Positions 16,047 to 25,300 of a DNA stretch of 33,091 nucleotides are shown here, in pieces. Origin of the DNA: a virus. Lineage: Duplodnaviria; Caudoviricetes. The position numbers and the translations under genes were made by a program. The notes below the pieces were generated by a model. That model saw only the letters and a program-made list of their open reading frames with translations, made no database searches and had not been told where the DNA came from. The stretch covers positions 1 through 33,091 of the IMG/VR virus record IMGVR_UViG_3300037424_003016; one strand, written 5' to 3'. Positions within the stretch are counted from its first letter, which is position 1, and the number at the start of each line of letters is the position of its first letter.

Positions 16047-16421
16047 ATGACATATGATATTATGATTGATGATGGAAAAAATCCAAGTATGCTCACTGCA
16101 ACAGCTGATATTTTGAAAAGTCAGTTTGTTGGTCTTGATCTGCAACCTGCAGGAGCACAAGAAGACATACTTGGTCTGTGTCTAAAAGACACAGCACAGA
16201 ATAGTCCTATTTCCATAGGTTGCATAGGTACATTCTATGTAACTGTAGAAGTTGGAGCTTCAGCGACTCTTAATGTTGGTGATGAGTTGGAAGTCAAAGA
16301 TGCAAATACACTACAAGCAAAAAGCACAGGAGTAACAGTTGCTAAAGTCTACGAGAAAGTAGATAACTCAACAGGAGGAAGCGCTGTTACAAAAAAGATT
16401 CCTGTGAAGATCATAAAATAA
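16047..16421 (+). CDS. Putative capsid cement/decoration protein (DUF2190-like)
   Basis: Small beta-rich protein (ILGLC, GTFYV, LNVGDELEV) directly upstream of the MCP. Confidence 0.6.
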   Translation: MTYDIMIDDGKNPSMLTATADILKSQFVGLDLQPAGAQEDILGLCLKDTAQNSPISIGCIGTFYVTVEVGASATLNVGDELEVKDANTLQAKSTGVTVAKVYEKVDNSTGGSAVTKKIPVKIIK

Positions 16422-16434
16422 GGAGGTAACAAAG

Positions 16435-17241
16435 ATGAAAACTATGCAAGAATTATTTTCAACACAAGATGTTGCACCTCTGATCAAAGAAGTGATTGAC
16501 TCCAATATATTCAAAGTCGCTGAAAGAGAAAGAGTAGGTAGACGAATTTTAAGAGTCATTACTTTGAGTGAAGGTTCAGCTCTAAAGATCCCGCGGATGG
16601 GGAAAGGTCAGGCTTATGTTGTTCCTGAACTCGGAGCAATACCTCAAGATGCTAGTAACTTTGATGATGTTGTAATTACACCTTACAAGATTGCCAAAGC
16701 ATTTACTATCTCAAAAGAAGCGATTGAGGATTCAGCTTTTGATGTTGTAAGACTTAAAGCTGACATTGCAGCTGAAGATGTAGCAAGAAAAGAAGATGAT
16801 GAAATTTTCAGACTCTTATCTCAGACTTCAAATTCAGTTAGTCCAAAGACTGCTGGAGAGTTTGTCCAGGAAGATGTGATAACATTAAGGAATGCTGTTA
16901 ATAAGAATAACTACAAGGCTAAATGGCTTGTAGCACACCCTGATGATATGGCTAAGTTGGAAAAAGACTTAATCAGTAAGGGTTACAAAGCTTTTGACAG
17001 GCTTGATGAAAATGGTATCATGGGTAACGTGGCAGGTCTTCAGCTATTGGAAACTACAGCTGTCGAATCTGGGACTATCCTTGCCTTAGATAGCAGAGCA
17101 GTCGTGCTGGTTGAAAGACGACCTCTAAGTACTGAGAACTTTAGCGATCCTTTACGGGACCTTGCAGCTGGAGTAACAATTACTGAGAGAGTTGCACCTG
17201 CAGTACTTGACGATTTAGCAGTCGCAAAGATGACCTTGTAG
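16435..17241 (+). CDS. Major capsid protein, HK97 fold (compact, 268 aa)
   Basis: VPELGAIP, PYKIAKAFTISKEAIEDS, LVAHPDD patterns; strong AGGAGGT RBS; position. Confidence 0.85.
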   Translation: MKTMQELFSTQDVAPLIKEVIDSNIFKVAERERVGRRILRVITLSEGSALKIPRMGKGQAYVVPELGAIPQDASNFDDVVITPYKIAKAFTISKEAIEDSAFDVVRLKADIAAEDVARKEDDEIFRLLSQTSNSVSPKTAGEFVQEDVITLRNAVNKNNYKAKWLVAHPDDMAKLEKDLISKGYKAFDRLDENGIMGNVAGLQLLETTAVESGTILALDSRAVVLVERRPLSTENFSDPLRDLAAGVTITERVAPAVLDDLAVAKMTL

Positions 17242-17289
17242 GTCATCAACTGCAGGTTCTGCTATCTTTAATTTAGCAGGTGATAGACT

Positions 17290-18027
17290 ATGGACTTAAT
17301 TACTGTAAAGAATGAAATAATTGTAGAATCAAACAAGTACAGATTAGGTCCTAGAGTGTTAAAACTTCAAAAGCTAAATGAAGGCTCAGCTACTAAAATA
17401 ACCAAGATAAGAAATGTTAATGGAGCAATAGTTCCTGAGTTAGGTTCTGCTCCTATTTCTCTTTTGGATATGGATTCTTTTTTTGTTTTTCCTTTAACAT
17501 TAAAAATGACAATTCTATTTCCTAACGAAGTCTTTGAGGATAATGATCTTGCTCAAATATTTCAGAAATCTCTTTTAGAGACTTATCATTTTGCATCTAT
17601 TGAGAATAAGTTAGTAGTTGAAGTTTTGATAGCAGGAGCAGGAAAGACTATTATTTCTGAGAGTAAGCCAAATGTTCGAGAGATTCCTATTCTTGATAAT
17701 TTTATTTCAGCAATAAGGTTTATTGAAGATAATAATTATCATCCTAATGTGATTTTGATTAATCCGTCAATTGCTGAAACATTAAGGCAAAGAGATGAAT
17801 TAAAAGAAAAGCTTGTTACTTATGCAATAGAAGTAATCATTGATAATTCTATACCTAAAGGGATGGTTATCATTCTTGATTCAAATCATGCAGGGTTGCT
17901 TGTTGAAAGAAAATCTCCTGAAGTTTCTGATTATGTAGATCATTGGAATCAACAAACAGGATTCTTAGTAAGATCAAGAATTGCTCCGATAGTTACTGAT
18001 GGAAATGCTGTGGTGGTGATCTCATAA
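17290..18027 (+). CDS. Second, divergent HK97-fold capsid protein paralog
   Basis: Colinear similarity to the MCP: LNEGSATKI/LSEGSALKI, VPELGSAP/VPELGAIP, NNYHPNVILINP/NNYKAKWLVAHP, LVERK/LVERR, RIAPIV/RVAPAV. Confidence 0.75.
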   Translation: MDLITVKNEIIVESNKYRLGPRVLKLQKLNEGSATKITKIRNVNGAIVPELGSAPISLLDMDSFFVFPLTLKMTILFPNEVFEDNDLAQIFQKSLLETYHFASIENKLVVEVLIAGAGKTIISESKPNVREIPILDNFISAIRFIEDNNYHPNVILINPSIAETLRQRDELKEKLVTYAIEVIIDNSIPKGMVIILDSNHAGLLVERKSPEVSDYVDHWNQQTGFLVRSRIAPIVTDGNAVVVIS

Positions 18028-18683
18028 TGGGAATGGATATTGAACTCATACAGGAATTAAGAGGTTTGATTTCTGAAATGAAAGATTTTATTTCCAGGCT
18101 AACCATTGAACCTGATGGGAGTATTAACACTAATGTTGATGGTACAGTAAATGTAGATACTATTTCAATTAAAGATTCTCTTCAAGAATATAGAGCAATT
18201 GTAGATCAATTTGGCAGACTTCTTGTTAATCAAAGAGATAATGCTCAGATAATGATTGTTGATTCTTCAAATCCTAATCAAAAGGCTACTGTTGATTCAT
18301 CAGGAAGACTTCTTGTTTCAACTCCACCACCACAACCACCACCAAATACTACACCTATTATACTTACAGGTTTTGGAGCGGTTTCAGGAAATAATGACAT
18401 AGAATACACTATAACAAATGGGAAGAAATTGATCATAGGGAGATTACTTGCAGGAGCTGAAGCTATGACTAAAGCAGGAAACATTACTTTGTATGATAAT
18501 CCTGATGGAAACAAAGTCACTCTTAATCTCATTGCTATTCTTTATGTGAATGGAAGTTCTGATGTTGCTGATTTGACTGAGAGTTTTCAAGGTGATGGGA
18601 TTAGAAAGATTATCTTGAGAAGAACAAATCTTGGTGGTGGAAGTAAAGAAATATTTGCAAGATTTGAGGGGTATGAAGAATAA
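18027..18683 (+). CDS. Hypothetical virion protein with short internal repeats and a proline linker
   Basis: VDQFGRLLV / VDSSGRLLV repeats, PPPQPPP linker, beta-rich C-terminal domain. Confidence 0.6.
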   Translation: MGMDIELIQELRGLISEMKDFISRLTIEPDGSINTNVDGTVNVDTISIKDSLQEYRAIVDQFGRLLVNQRDNAQIMIVDSSNPNQKATVDSSGRLLVSTPPPQPPPNTTPIILTGFGAVSGNNDIEYTITNGKKLIIGRLLAGAEAMTKAGNITLYDNPDGNKVTLNLIAILYVNGSSDVADLTESFQGDGIRKIILRRTNLGGGSKEIFARFEGYEE

Positions 18684-18684
18684 A

Positions 18685-18921
18685 ATGGTAACAGTTAATG
18701 ATACGATCTCAATTATACAATCTAAACCTGAATATGTTTTTGGCTCTTTGATAGTTCATAGCATGGATGATTCAGGAGTTGTGTATAAATGGCTTGAAGA
18801 AATTGGTGGAGTCGCTGAAAGAAAGAAGATGTTCATACAATTATCTATAGAAGATAAAGATTTGGCTTTAGAATCAAGGACTGCTGTCAAATCAGTTGAG
18901 ATAGAACCTGCAGGAGATTAA
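18685..18921 (+). CDS. Hypothetical protein
   Basis: In-frame ATG at 18685 within track ORF 18631-18921, right after the upstream stop. Confidence 0.55.
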   Translation: MVTVNDTISIIQSKPEYVFGSLIVHSMDDSGVVYKWLEEIGGVAERKKMFIQLSIEDKDLALESRTAVKSVEIEPAGD

Positions 18922-18922
18922 G

Positions 18923-19093
18923 ATGGGTAAATGGAAATACAAAGTTACAACGAAAAGAATCAAAGATATTGATGAAGATAGCTTGAACAATTTAGGAAAT
19001 AATGGTTGGGAACTTATCTTCATGAATCAATTATGGAATGGCAAGATTATTGCTGTTTTCAAAAAAGAAGTAGGTGGTACAAATGTCGAATAA
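18923..19093 (+). CDS. DUF4177-like small protein, 56 aa, not in ORF track
   Basis: Manual translation MGKWKYKV...LNNLGNNGWELIF...AVFKKE matches the recalled W.YK...LN.LG..GWEL pattern; GGAG RBS. Confidence 0.65.
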   Translation: MGKWKYKVTTKRIKDIDEDSLNNLGNNGWELIFMNQLWNGKIIAVFKKEVGGTNVE

Positions 19094-19313
19094 AATACAA
19101 GTACAAGGAGAATATGATTGGAAAACAAGAATCAAAGCTGGTTCAAAAAGATTCCTTAAAGGATTAGGGGCAACTCTTTTAGTAGCAGGAATACAATATG
19201 CTGTTCAGTTTGTTCAGACAAGTCCTGATCTTTTTCCAGCAGAAAGTGCAATGGCAGGAATAATTATTTCAGGATTATTGGCTCTTGAAAAATCTTTGCA
19301 GAGGAGTAAATAA
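19083..19313 (+). CDS. Small two-TM membrane protein (holin-like)
   Basis: Two hydrophobic segments and a basic C-terminus; GGTGG upstream of ATG 19083. Confidence 0.5.
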   Translation: MSNKIQVQGEYDWKTRIKAGSKRFLKGLGATLLVAGIQYAVQFVQTSPDLFPAESAMAGIIISGLLALEKSLQRSK

Positions 19314-19790
19314 ATGAGCGAATATAGTACAGTTGATCTTGTCAAATCAAGAATAGGAATTAATAATGTGCCTGATGATGTTCAAGATAGTGAGATAACT
19401 CAATGGATTAAGGAAGCAAGTAATTTCATAGATTTATCTACAAAAAGAATAGGGATAGGATTTCAAAGTACTGATGCATTATACGATACAGTTCAGCAGA
19501 TTGTTACTGATCTTTCTGTGATTAAGTTGCTTTTGAGAATGAGTGGGGCAGGTAAATCAACAACTGCAGGTATCTCGTATAAGATTGGAGAGTTCTCAGT
19601 AGATAAGAAGAACATTGAATCATCTTACATTAAGGAAGTTCAACTCTATGAATTAAGTGCGAATAATAGTCTTGAAACTTTGAAGAAATACTTGAATATT
19701 GATAGTGGTGGTTTTGTAGGTGGTTCAGTAATTCAAGGAACTCCAGCACCAAGCACAAATTATGGGGATAACAGTCCTCAACAACCTTAA
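19314..19790 (+). CDS. Head-tail adaptor (SPP1 gp15/HK97 gp6-like)
   Basis: YSTVDLVK...I..WI..AS..ID and SYKIGEFSV patterns; position. Confidence 0.7.
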   Translation: MSEYSTVDLVKSRIGINNVPDDVQDSEITQWIKEASNFIDLSTKRIGIGFQSTDALYDTVQQIVTDLSVIKLLLRMSGAGKSTTAGISYKIGEFSVDKKNIESSYIKEVQLYELSANNSLETLKKYLNIDSGGFVGGSVIQGTPAPSTNYGDNSPQQP

Positions 19791-19792
19791 AA

Positions 19793-20164
19793 ATGGAAAT
19801 CGGAGCAGAAGACTTCAATAAAATTGTAGACGTTGATATTGGCATTGATGTTTATTTAAGAAGAAAGACACAAACCATTGATCAAGATTATGGTAGTTTA
19901 ATCTCTGATTCTTATGAAGATTATAGTATAAAAGTTATTTGGGAAGAAGTTACAGGGGAAGAAGAAAACTTCAGACCTGAAGGAGAATTCAAAATAGGCG
20001 ATATAAAATGTTATGCTAAAGGTTTTTACAATGTTAATTTAATGCCTGTTCCAAAGTCAGATACTATAATAAAAGATTCGGTTGAATATAAGATTGTCAA
20101 GTCTACTGTCAAAAGAATTGGTAAGACAATAATCTATCGGCTTCTTCAATTACGGCTAAAATAA
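19793..20164 (+). CDS. Head closure protein (SPP1 gp16-like)
   Basis: Beta-rich 123-aa protein with D.I....EYKI pattern; position. Confidence 0.6.
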   Translation: MEIGAEDFNKIVDVDIGIDVYLRRKTQTIDQDYGSLISDSYEDYSIKVIWEEVTGEEENFRPEGEFKIGDIKCYAKGFYNVNLMPVPKSDTIIKDSVEYKIVKSTVKRIGKTIIYRLLQLRLK

Positions 20165-20189
20165 TATTAAGAAAAAAACAGATTTCTAT
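20156..20189 (+). promoter_or_regulatory. 34-bp perfect repeat, copy 2; putative late promoter
   Basis: Identical to 14617-14650; ends 3 nt before ATG 20193. Confidence 0.7.
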
Positions 20190-20192
20190 CTT

Positions 20193-20555
20193 ATGGTCAA
20201 GATCAAAATCACAAGTCCAGATATAATTAAACTTGGAAAAAAGATTGCTGATCTTGAAGATAAGGATTTCAAAAAAGATGTCCATGAAGGTATCAGGAAA
20301 GTGCTTCCTCTAATCCATAGAGATGCAGTGCTAAATGCTCCAAAGAACACAGGTGCATTATCAGCTTCACTTCATGTTGGATTTGAAGATGATAGCACTG
20401 GATACATAGCAGATGGAGTTTTTTATGGAGTCTTTCAGGAAGAAGGGACAAGATTCATCCCACCAAAACATTTCATGAGAAATGCAGTAAACAAAAACTT
20501 TCCAAGCGTGGGAAAAGAAGTTACTGCAATAGTCAAGAAAAGATTCAATCAATAG
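20193..20555 (+). CDS. HK97 gp10-like tail completion/neck protein
   Basis: APKNTGALSAS, YGVFQEEGTR, HFMRNA motifs. Confidence 0.85.
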   Translation: MVKIKITSPDIIKLGKKIADLEDKDFKKDVHEGIRKVLPLIHRDAVLNAPKNTGALSASLHVGFEDDSTGYIADGVFYGVFQEEGTRFIPPKHFMRNAVNKNFPSVGKEVTAIVKKRFNQ

Positions 20556-20585
20556 AGCATCTCATCAAGAGAGAGGAGTGCAATA

Positions 20586-21047
20586 ATGGAAAAAGAACCA
20601 ATCATAATAGTTCAGGACCTTTTACGTGAAAAGCTTCACGATTACAATACTTCTCGCTCTGGCAATTGGATTTATCCTGATTTTCCCAATGTAAGTTTAA
20701 GCAATGATTCTTACCCGAGGGTTTCAGTAACCGATGCTGATGAACCTGCTAAAAGAATGAGTGTTGGAACAAATAATGAAATGCAGACCATAAACATCGA
20801 TGTAGATGTTTGGGTTAAGAGTGGCATAATTTATGCAAGAGATGATGAACAGTTTGAAGGTGCAAAACTTCGAGATGCAATAGCTCGTGAGACAGCAGAT
20901 GTATTTCGTATGAATCAGGCTTCTCTTGGAGAATCTGGTTTGCATAACTATGAACGGATTGGAATGAAGACAATAAATTCCGAGGTAACTGATGGAGTGC
21001 TACGAAAGCAAATTACTGTACAGTTTTCAAGGGCAGTAATTAACTAA
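20586..21047 (+). CDS. Tail terminator protein
   Basis: YPRVSV and IDVDVWVK patterns; position before tail tube. Confidence 0.65.
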   Translation: MEKEPIIIVQDLLREKLHDYNTSRSGNWIYPDFPNVSLSNDSYPRVSVTDADEPAKRMSVGTNNEMQTINIDVDVWVKSGIIYARDDEQFEGAKLRDAIARETADVFRMNQASLGESGLHNYERIGMKTINSEVTDGVLRKQITVQFSRAVIN

Positions 21048-21073
21048 ACAAAACAAATGGAGGATGATTAAAT

Positions 21074-21547
21074 ATGGCAATCTTTTTTGGAACACAAGGA
21101 ACAATCACCTTAGATGGTGTACAATCAAAAAACATCACTGAATGGAGTTTATCCACAAGTGCAGATGTAGAACAGATAAAGACCATTGGTAATTTCACAA
21201 TCTTTGATGAAAAACCATTGGATATTCTTGAAGGAAGTTTAAGTATCATAACAGATGATACAGCATTCATTTCTAAGTTATTTGGAAATGTAGCTACACA
21301 AGCAGACACGCCTGACGCAGGAGATACTACTACAACAATAACTTTGGGAACTCAAAGAATCAAGTTTGATGCAGAGTTCACATATACTGATGCAGATGGT
21401 AATCAAGTCAAGATCAGCTGTGTTGATTGTATCGCTACTGACCACGAGTTTAGTAATGAAGCAGAAGGTATCTTTGAGGAAACATTCAGCTTTAATGTTA
21501 AGCCTGAAAATGTTACTATCACTAATGTGAAGAAGGCAACACCATAG
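21074..21547 (+). CDS. Major tail (tube) protein
   Basis: G..GTITLDG, ITEWSLS, EGSLS beta-rich acidic protein; GGAGG RBS; position. Confidence 0.7.
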   Translation: MAIFFGTQGTITLDGVQSKNITEWSLSTSADVEQIKTIGNFTIFDEKPLDILEGSLSIITDDTAFISKLFGNVATQADTPDAGDTTTTITLGTQRIKFDAEFTYTDADGNQVKISCVDCIATDHEFSNEAEGIFEETFSFNVKPENVTITNVKKATP

Positions 21548-21557
21548 ATGGATACTC

Positions 21558-21872
21558 ATGACTGAAGAAAAAAATAAGGAAAGTGATCCTGTTGAATCCT
21601 TTGCAGAACAGGAATATCGGAACATCAGAATATTTAGTATGCACAAAGATGTGGTTACTGAATTTGTTGATTGGTGTAAACGATATGCTGGTGGAAAATA
21701 TTCTGCTGGGATTCAGCTTTTGCTATCCAAAGCCAAATCCTTTGATTTGATTGCAGGTCTTGACTTGAGAATTAAATCTTTGGAACATGAAATAGCTCTG
21801 TTAAAGCAGAGTAAGATTGTCGAGGAACAATCAAAACAACAACCAAAAGTTAAGACGATAGGAGGAGAATAA
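21558..21872 (+). CDS. Hypothetical protein with C-terminal coiled coil
   Basis: ORF track; colinear with the tail operon. Confidence 0.55.
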   Translation: MTEEKNKESDPVESFAEQEYRNIRIFSMHKDVVTEFVDWCKRYAGGKYSAGIQLLLSKAKSFDLIAGLDLRIKSLEHEIALLKQSKIVEEQSKQQPKVKTIGGE

Positions 21873-21874
21873 AA

Positions 21875-22201
21875 ATGCAAAAAGTTACGATTCAAGAATT
21901 GCTAAGCAAATCTACTGAAAAGAAAAAGATAGAAGTACCATATGAAGATGGTGTAGTTGAGATGGAGATTACTCCTGTAACATTCGGACCTATAAGCAAA
22001 ATTCAAGCTAATAAGTCTGACGATACAGTAATGACCAGAGAAATGATCAAACAAGCCACAGGGCTTACTGATGAACAGATTGACAAGCTTCCTTTAGGTT
22101 TTGTACCTGCACTGGGTGAAGCCATTTCCAAAGCCTCAGGTCTTGATAAACTTGCTCAGAAACGTGCTGAACGTTTTCCAAATCCTCAGAAGGAAAATTA
22201 A
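21875..22201 (+). CDS. Tail assembly chaperone (G-like)
   Basis: Position upstream of tape measure; LTDEQIDKLP pattern; overlapping -1 frame continuation. Confidence 0.7.
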   Translation: MQKVTIQELLSKSTEKKKIEVPYEDGVVEMEITPVTFGPISKIQANKSDDTVMTREMIKQATGLTDEQIDKLPLGFVPALGEAISKASGLDKLAQKRAERFPNPQKEN

Positions 22202-22347
22202 TCTTCATTCTTCTGAGGAAATATGGATTGAGTTGGGAACAAGTTAGTAATCTGAGTATGCCTCAGTTTTACTTTATGATCTCAGCTTATAATGAGGATA
22301 TCAAGGAAAGAAACAAGCAAATGAAACGAGCAAGACGTAAGAAATAA
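22171..22347 (+). CDS. -1 frame extension of the tail chaperone (T-like segment of a GT fusion)
   Basis: Open -1 frame: SKSSEGKLIFILLRKYGLSWEQVSNLSMPQFYFMISAYNEDIKERNKQMKRARRKK, with no early start codon of its own. Confidence 0.65.
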   Translation, partial: TFSKSSEGKLIFILLRKYGLSWEQVSNLSMPQFYFMISAYNEDIKERNKQMKRARRKK

Positions 22348-22385
22348 TCCTTGCGAGGACGGGGAATAAGAATGGGTAAAAGGAA

Positions 22386-25300
22386 ATGGTTGAGTCAGTT
22401 AGGATCAAGTTTAAAGGAGAGGATGATGTTAGTCCTACGCTTGGCAAGATACAGTCAGGTATAGGTAGTTTTAGCTCTCGTCTTGATTCTGTTGGCAAAA
22501 CATTTTCTAATTTTAATCGTAAATTAATTCTTGGCTTTACAGCAATAGGTACTGCAATAACTGTTCTTGGTGTTAAAGCCATTAAAAGTTTTGGAGAGTT
22601 TGAACGACAAATAAAGAGAGTTCAAGTTCTTGCAGGTGGTACTCAAGAAGATTTCAAACGATTAACTGATACTGCTTTTAAGCTTGGTTCAAGTACTGCT
22701 TTTTCAGCTCAAGAAGTTGCTGAAGCTTTTGAAGAATTTGCTAAAGCAGGTTTTAAGGTTGACGAGATTCTTCAAGCTTCAGAATCTACTCTTGGTCTTG
22801 CAACAGCAGGAAATCTTGAATTAGCTGAAGCAGTAAACATAGCCGTATCTGCTCTTAATGCTTTTCAAAGAGATGCAGATGATACGAATAATGTTGCTAC
22901 AATTTTAACAACTGCTTTCACTAATTCTGCTCAAACATTACAGGATTTAGGAGAAGCATTAAAGTTTGTCAGTCCCTTAGCTTCAAGTTTAGGGATTAGT
23001 CTTGAAGAGTTAAGTGCAGCTCTTGGTACTCTTGCAAATGTAGGTATAAGAGGAAGTCTTGCAGGTACTTCTTTGAATCAGGCTTTGTTGCAATTGCTTA
23101 ATCCTACTTCTGATTCTGCTGAAGTAATGGAAGATTTGAATGTTCAATTCTTTTCGCTTAATGAGTCTGCTCAAGCAGCAAGTGCTATTATTCAAGCGAC
23201 TAAAGATGATTTTAATGCATTAAAAGAAAGAGTTAGAGAAAGTGATATTGAAGTTGCTGGTCTTGGTTCTCAACTTGCAGAAGCAAAGAGGGAATTAAAG
23301 TTATTTGGAGATCAAGCTTCTGCTCCTAATAGTATTGTTGAGAGTTTAGATGGTTTACAGTATGCTTTTGATAGTGCTAGGTTAAAGAATTCTGAACTTC
23401 GTGATGCATTGGAAGCTCAAGAAAAGACTTTTATAAGCTTAAGGAGTCAAGTAAGTGATGGGCAACAAGATTTTATAGGTCTAAGAGATACTGCAAGACT
23501 TCTAAATGATGCGTTTGAAGAAATTGATGCATCTACTATTGCAAGAGCCACAGCACTTGTTAAAATATTCAAAGTTAGAGGTGCAAGAGCATTTCTTACA
23601 CTTACTAAAGAGATTGATAATTTCAATCAATTATTTGATACAATAGCAGCTACTGAAATCAGAACAGAGCTTCTTGATGAAGCCAGTCTTAAATCTGCTC
23701 TTGATGCTCAAGATAGTTTTTCTAAACAGTTTGGAATAACATTTGATAATCTTGTGTCAAGTGCAACTAAAGTTCCTGAAGGAGTAGATCAAGCATTAAA
23801 GGATTCAAAACTTGATGAGAGAGCAAGAGATATATTTAGAAGTTTGAGAGGAGAAGTACAAAAACTTCAACTTGATAGCGAGTCTATTGAAGCAGTATTA
23901 TCTGATTTTCTTCCTTTGGATGCCGTTAAGGATTTCAGACAAATTATTCAATTAACTGATCAAGATTTTGAAAGTTTTCTTGGTAACATTAATGCAACTA
24001 ATCAGGATGCTCAAACATTAAACAAAACTTTGCTTAATAATTTAGGAAGTGCTTTAGAAGAACTTCAAGATACTGTCACAACTACATTTATCAGGATTGG
24101 TGGAGCAATTGCAGAAAGACTTGATCTAACTTCTGTGATTAGAAATATTCAACAATCAATCGAGGATTTTTCAACAGGTGGTGGTGTTGAAAAATTAGCC
24201 GATAGACTTGTCAAAGTAATCAAAACCATAGGATCATTTTTCAAGGGAATAGGTCAAGGATTCAAAGAAGTTTTTACTCCTCAAATAGTTGAAAATCTTA
24301 AAGATGCATTTGTTAAGAATTTTGGATTAATACAGCAAGGAGCTGAAGGATTTGGTACTGCTCTTGGTCGTATTCTTGGAAGTATTGTAAAAGGTGGAGC
24401 TGAGTTAATAACAAGGATTCTAAACTCAGACATTATTGAGAATGCAAGTTCTGCTTTCAAAAGATTAAGTGGTGTTCTTGAGAAGATAGGTCCTATTGTC
24501 GGTGCTGTTGCAACTGGTTTTGTATTATTGTCACCTATTTTAGGACCTTTGTTTTTTATACTTAGTAAAGTAGTTGGTGTCTTTGGTTTCTTAACAAGAG
24601 GTCTTATTGGAGCAGGTAAAGCCATTGGTGGTTTGTTTGGTGGAGCAGGTAAACTTGCTACATTATTTGGTGGTGTTGCAGGAAAAGCATCAGCAGTTGG
24701 AGCATCTGCATCATCAGTAGCCACAGGAACAACAGGATTCATAGCAAAACTCAGTGGTTTAGGTTCAACCATAAGTGGAATCTTCTCAGCCATAGGCACA
24801 GCATTAGGAGTAACTGCTGGGACTGCAGCTGCAATTGTCGTGGCTATAATAGGAACAATCATAGGATTTGTTAATCAAGTTAGACAGAACTTCTTAGGAT
24901 TAGGAGATGATTTTAAAGTTATATTTGGTGCTGTTGTTACAGTATTTCAAGCCATAGGCAGTGCATTAAAAGAAAATTTTATTCAAGTAGGGCAATTGTT
25001 AAAACCTATTTGGGAAGGTATCAAAGAGACTTTTAATGGTCTTGGAAAAATACTTGCCAGTCTTGTTGCGATTATAATTAAGCCATTTGCTAATGGATTA
25101 AGAGATGCAGGAGAAGAAGGGTTTAATGCTTTTGACTTGATTAAGAATATTGTTTCAGCATTATTTACTCCATTGAAATTAGCATTGACTATAATTGGAA
25201 GTGTTTTAAAAGCTGTTGGGGCAATAATTAATTTTGTTGGAGATCTGATTGGGGGATTCGTAGAGTTTGGTTTTATTGTTGCTGATGCTTTCAAGAGATT

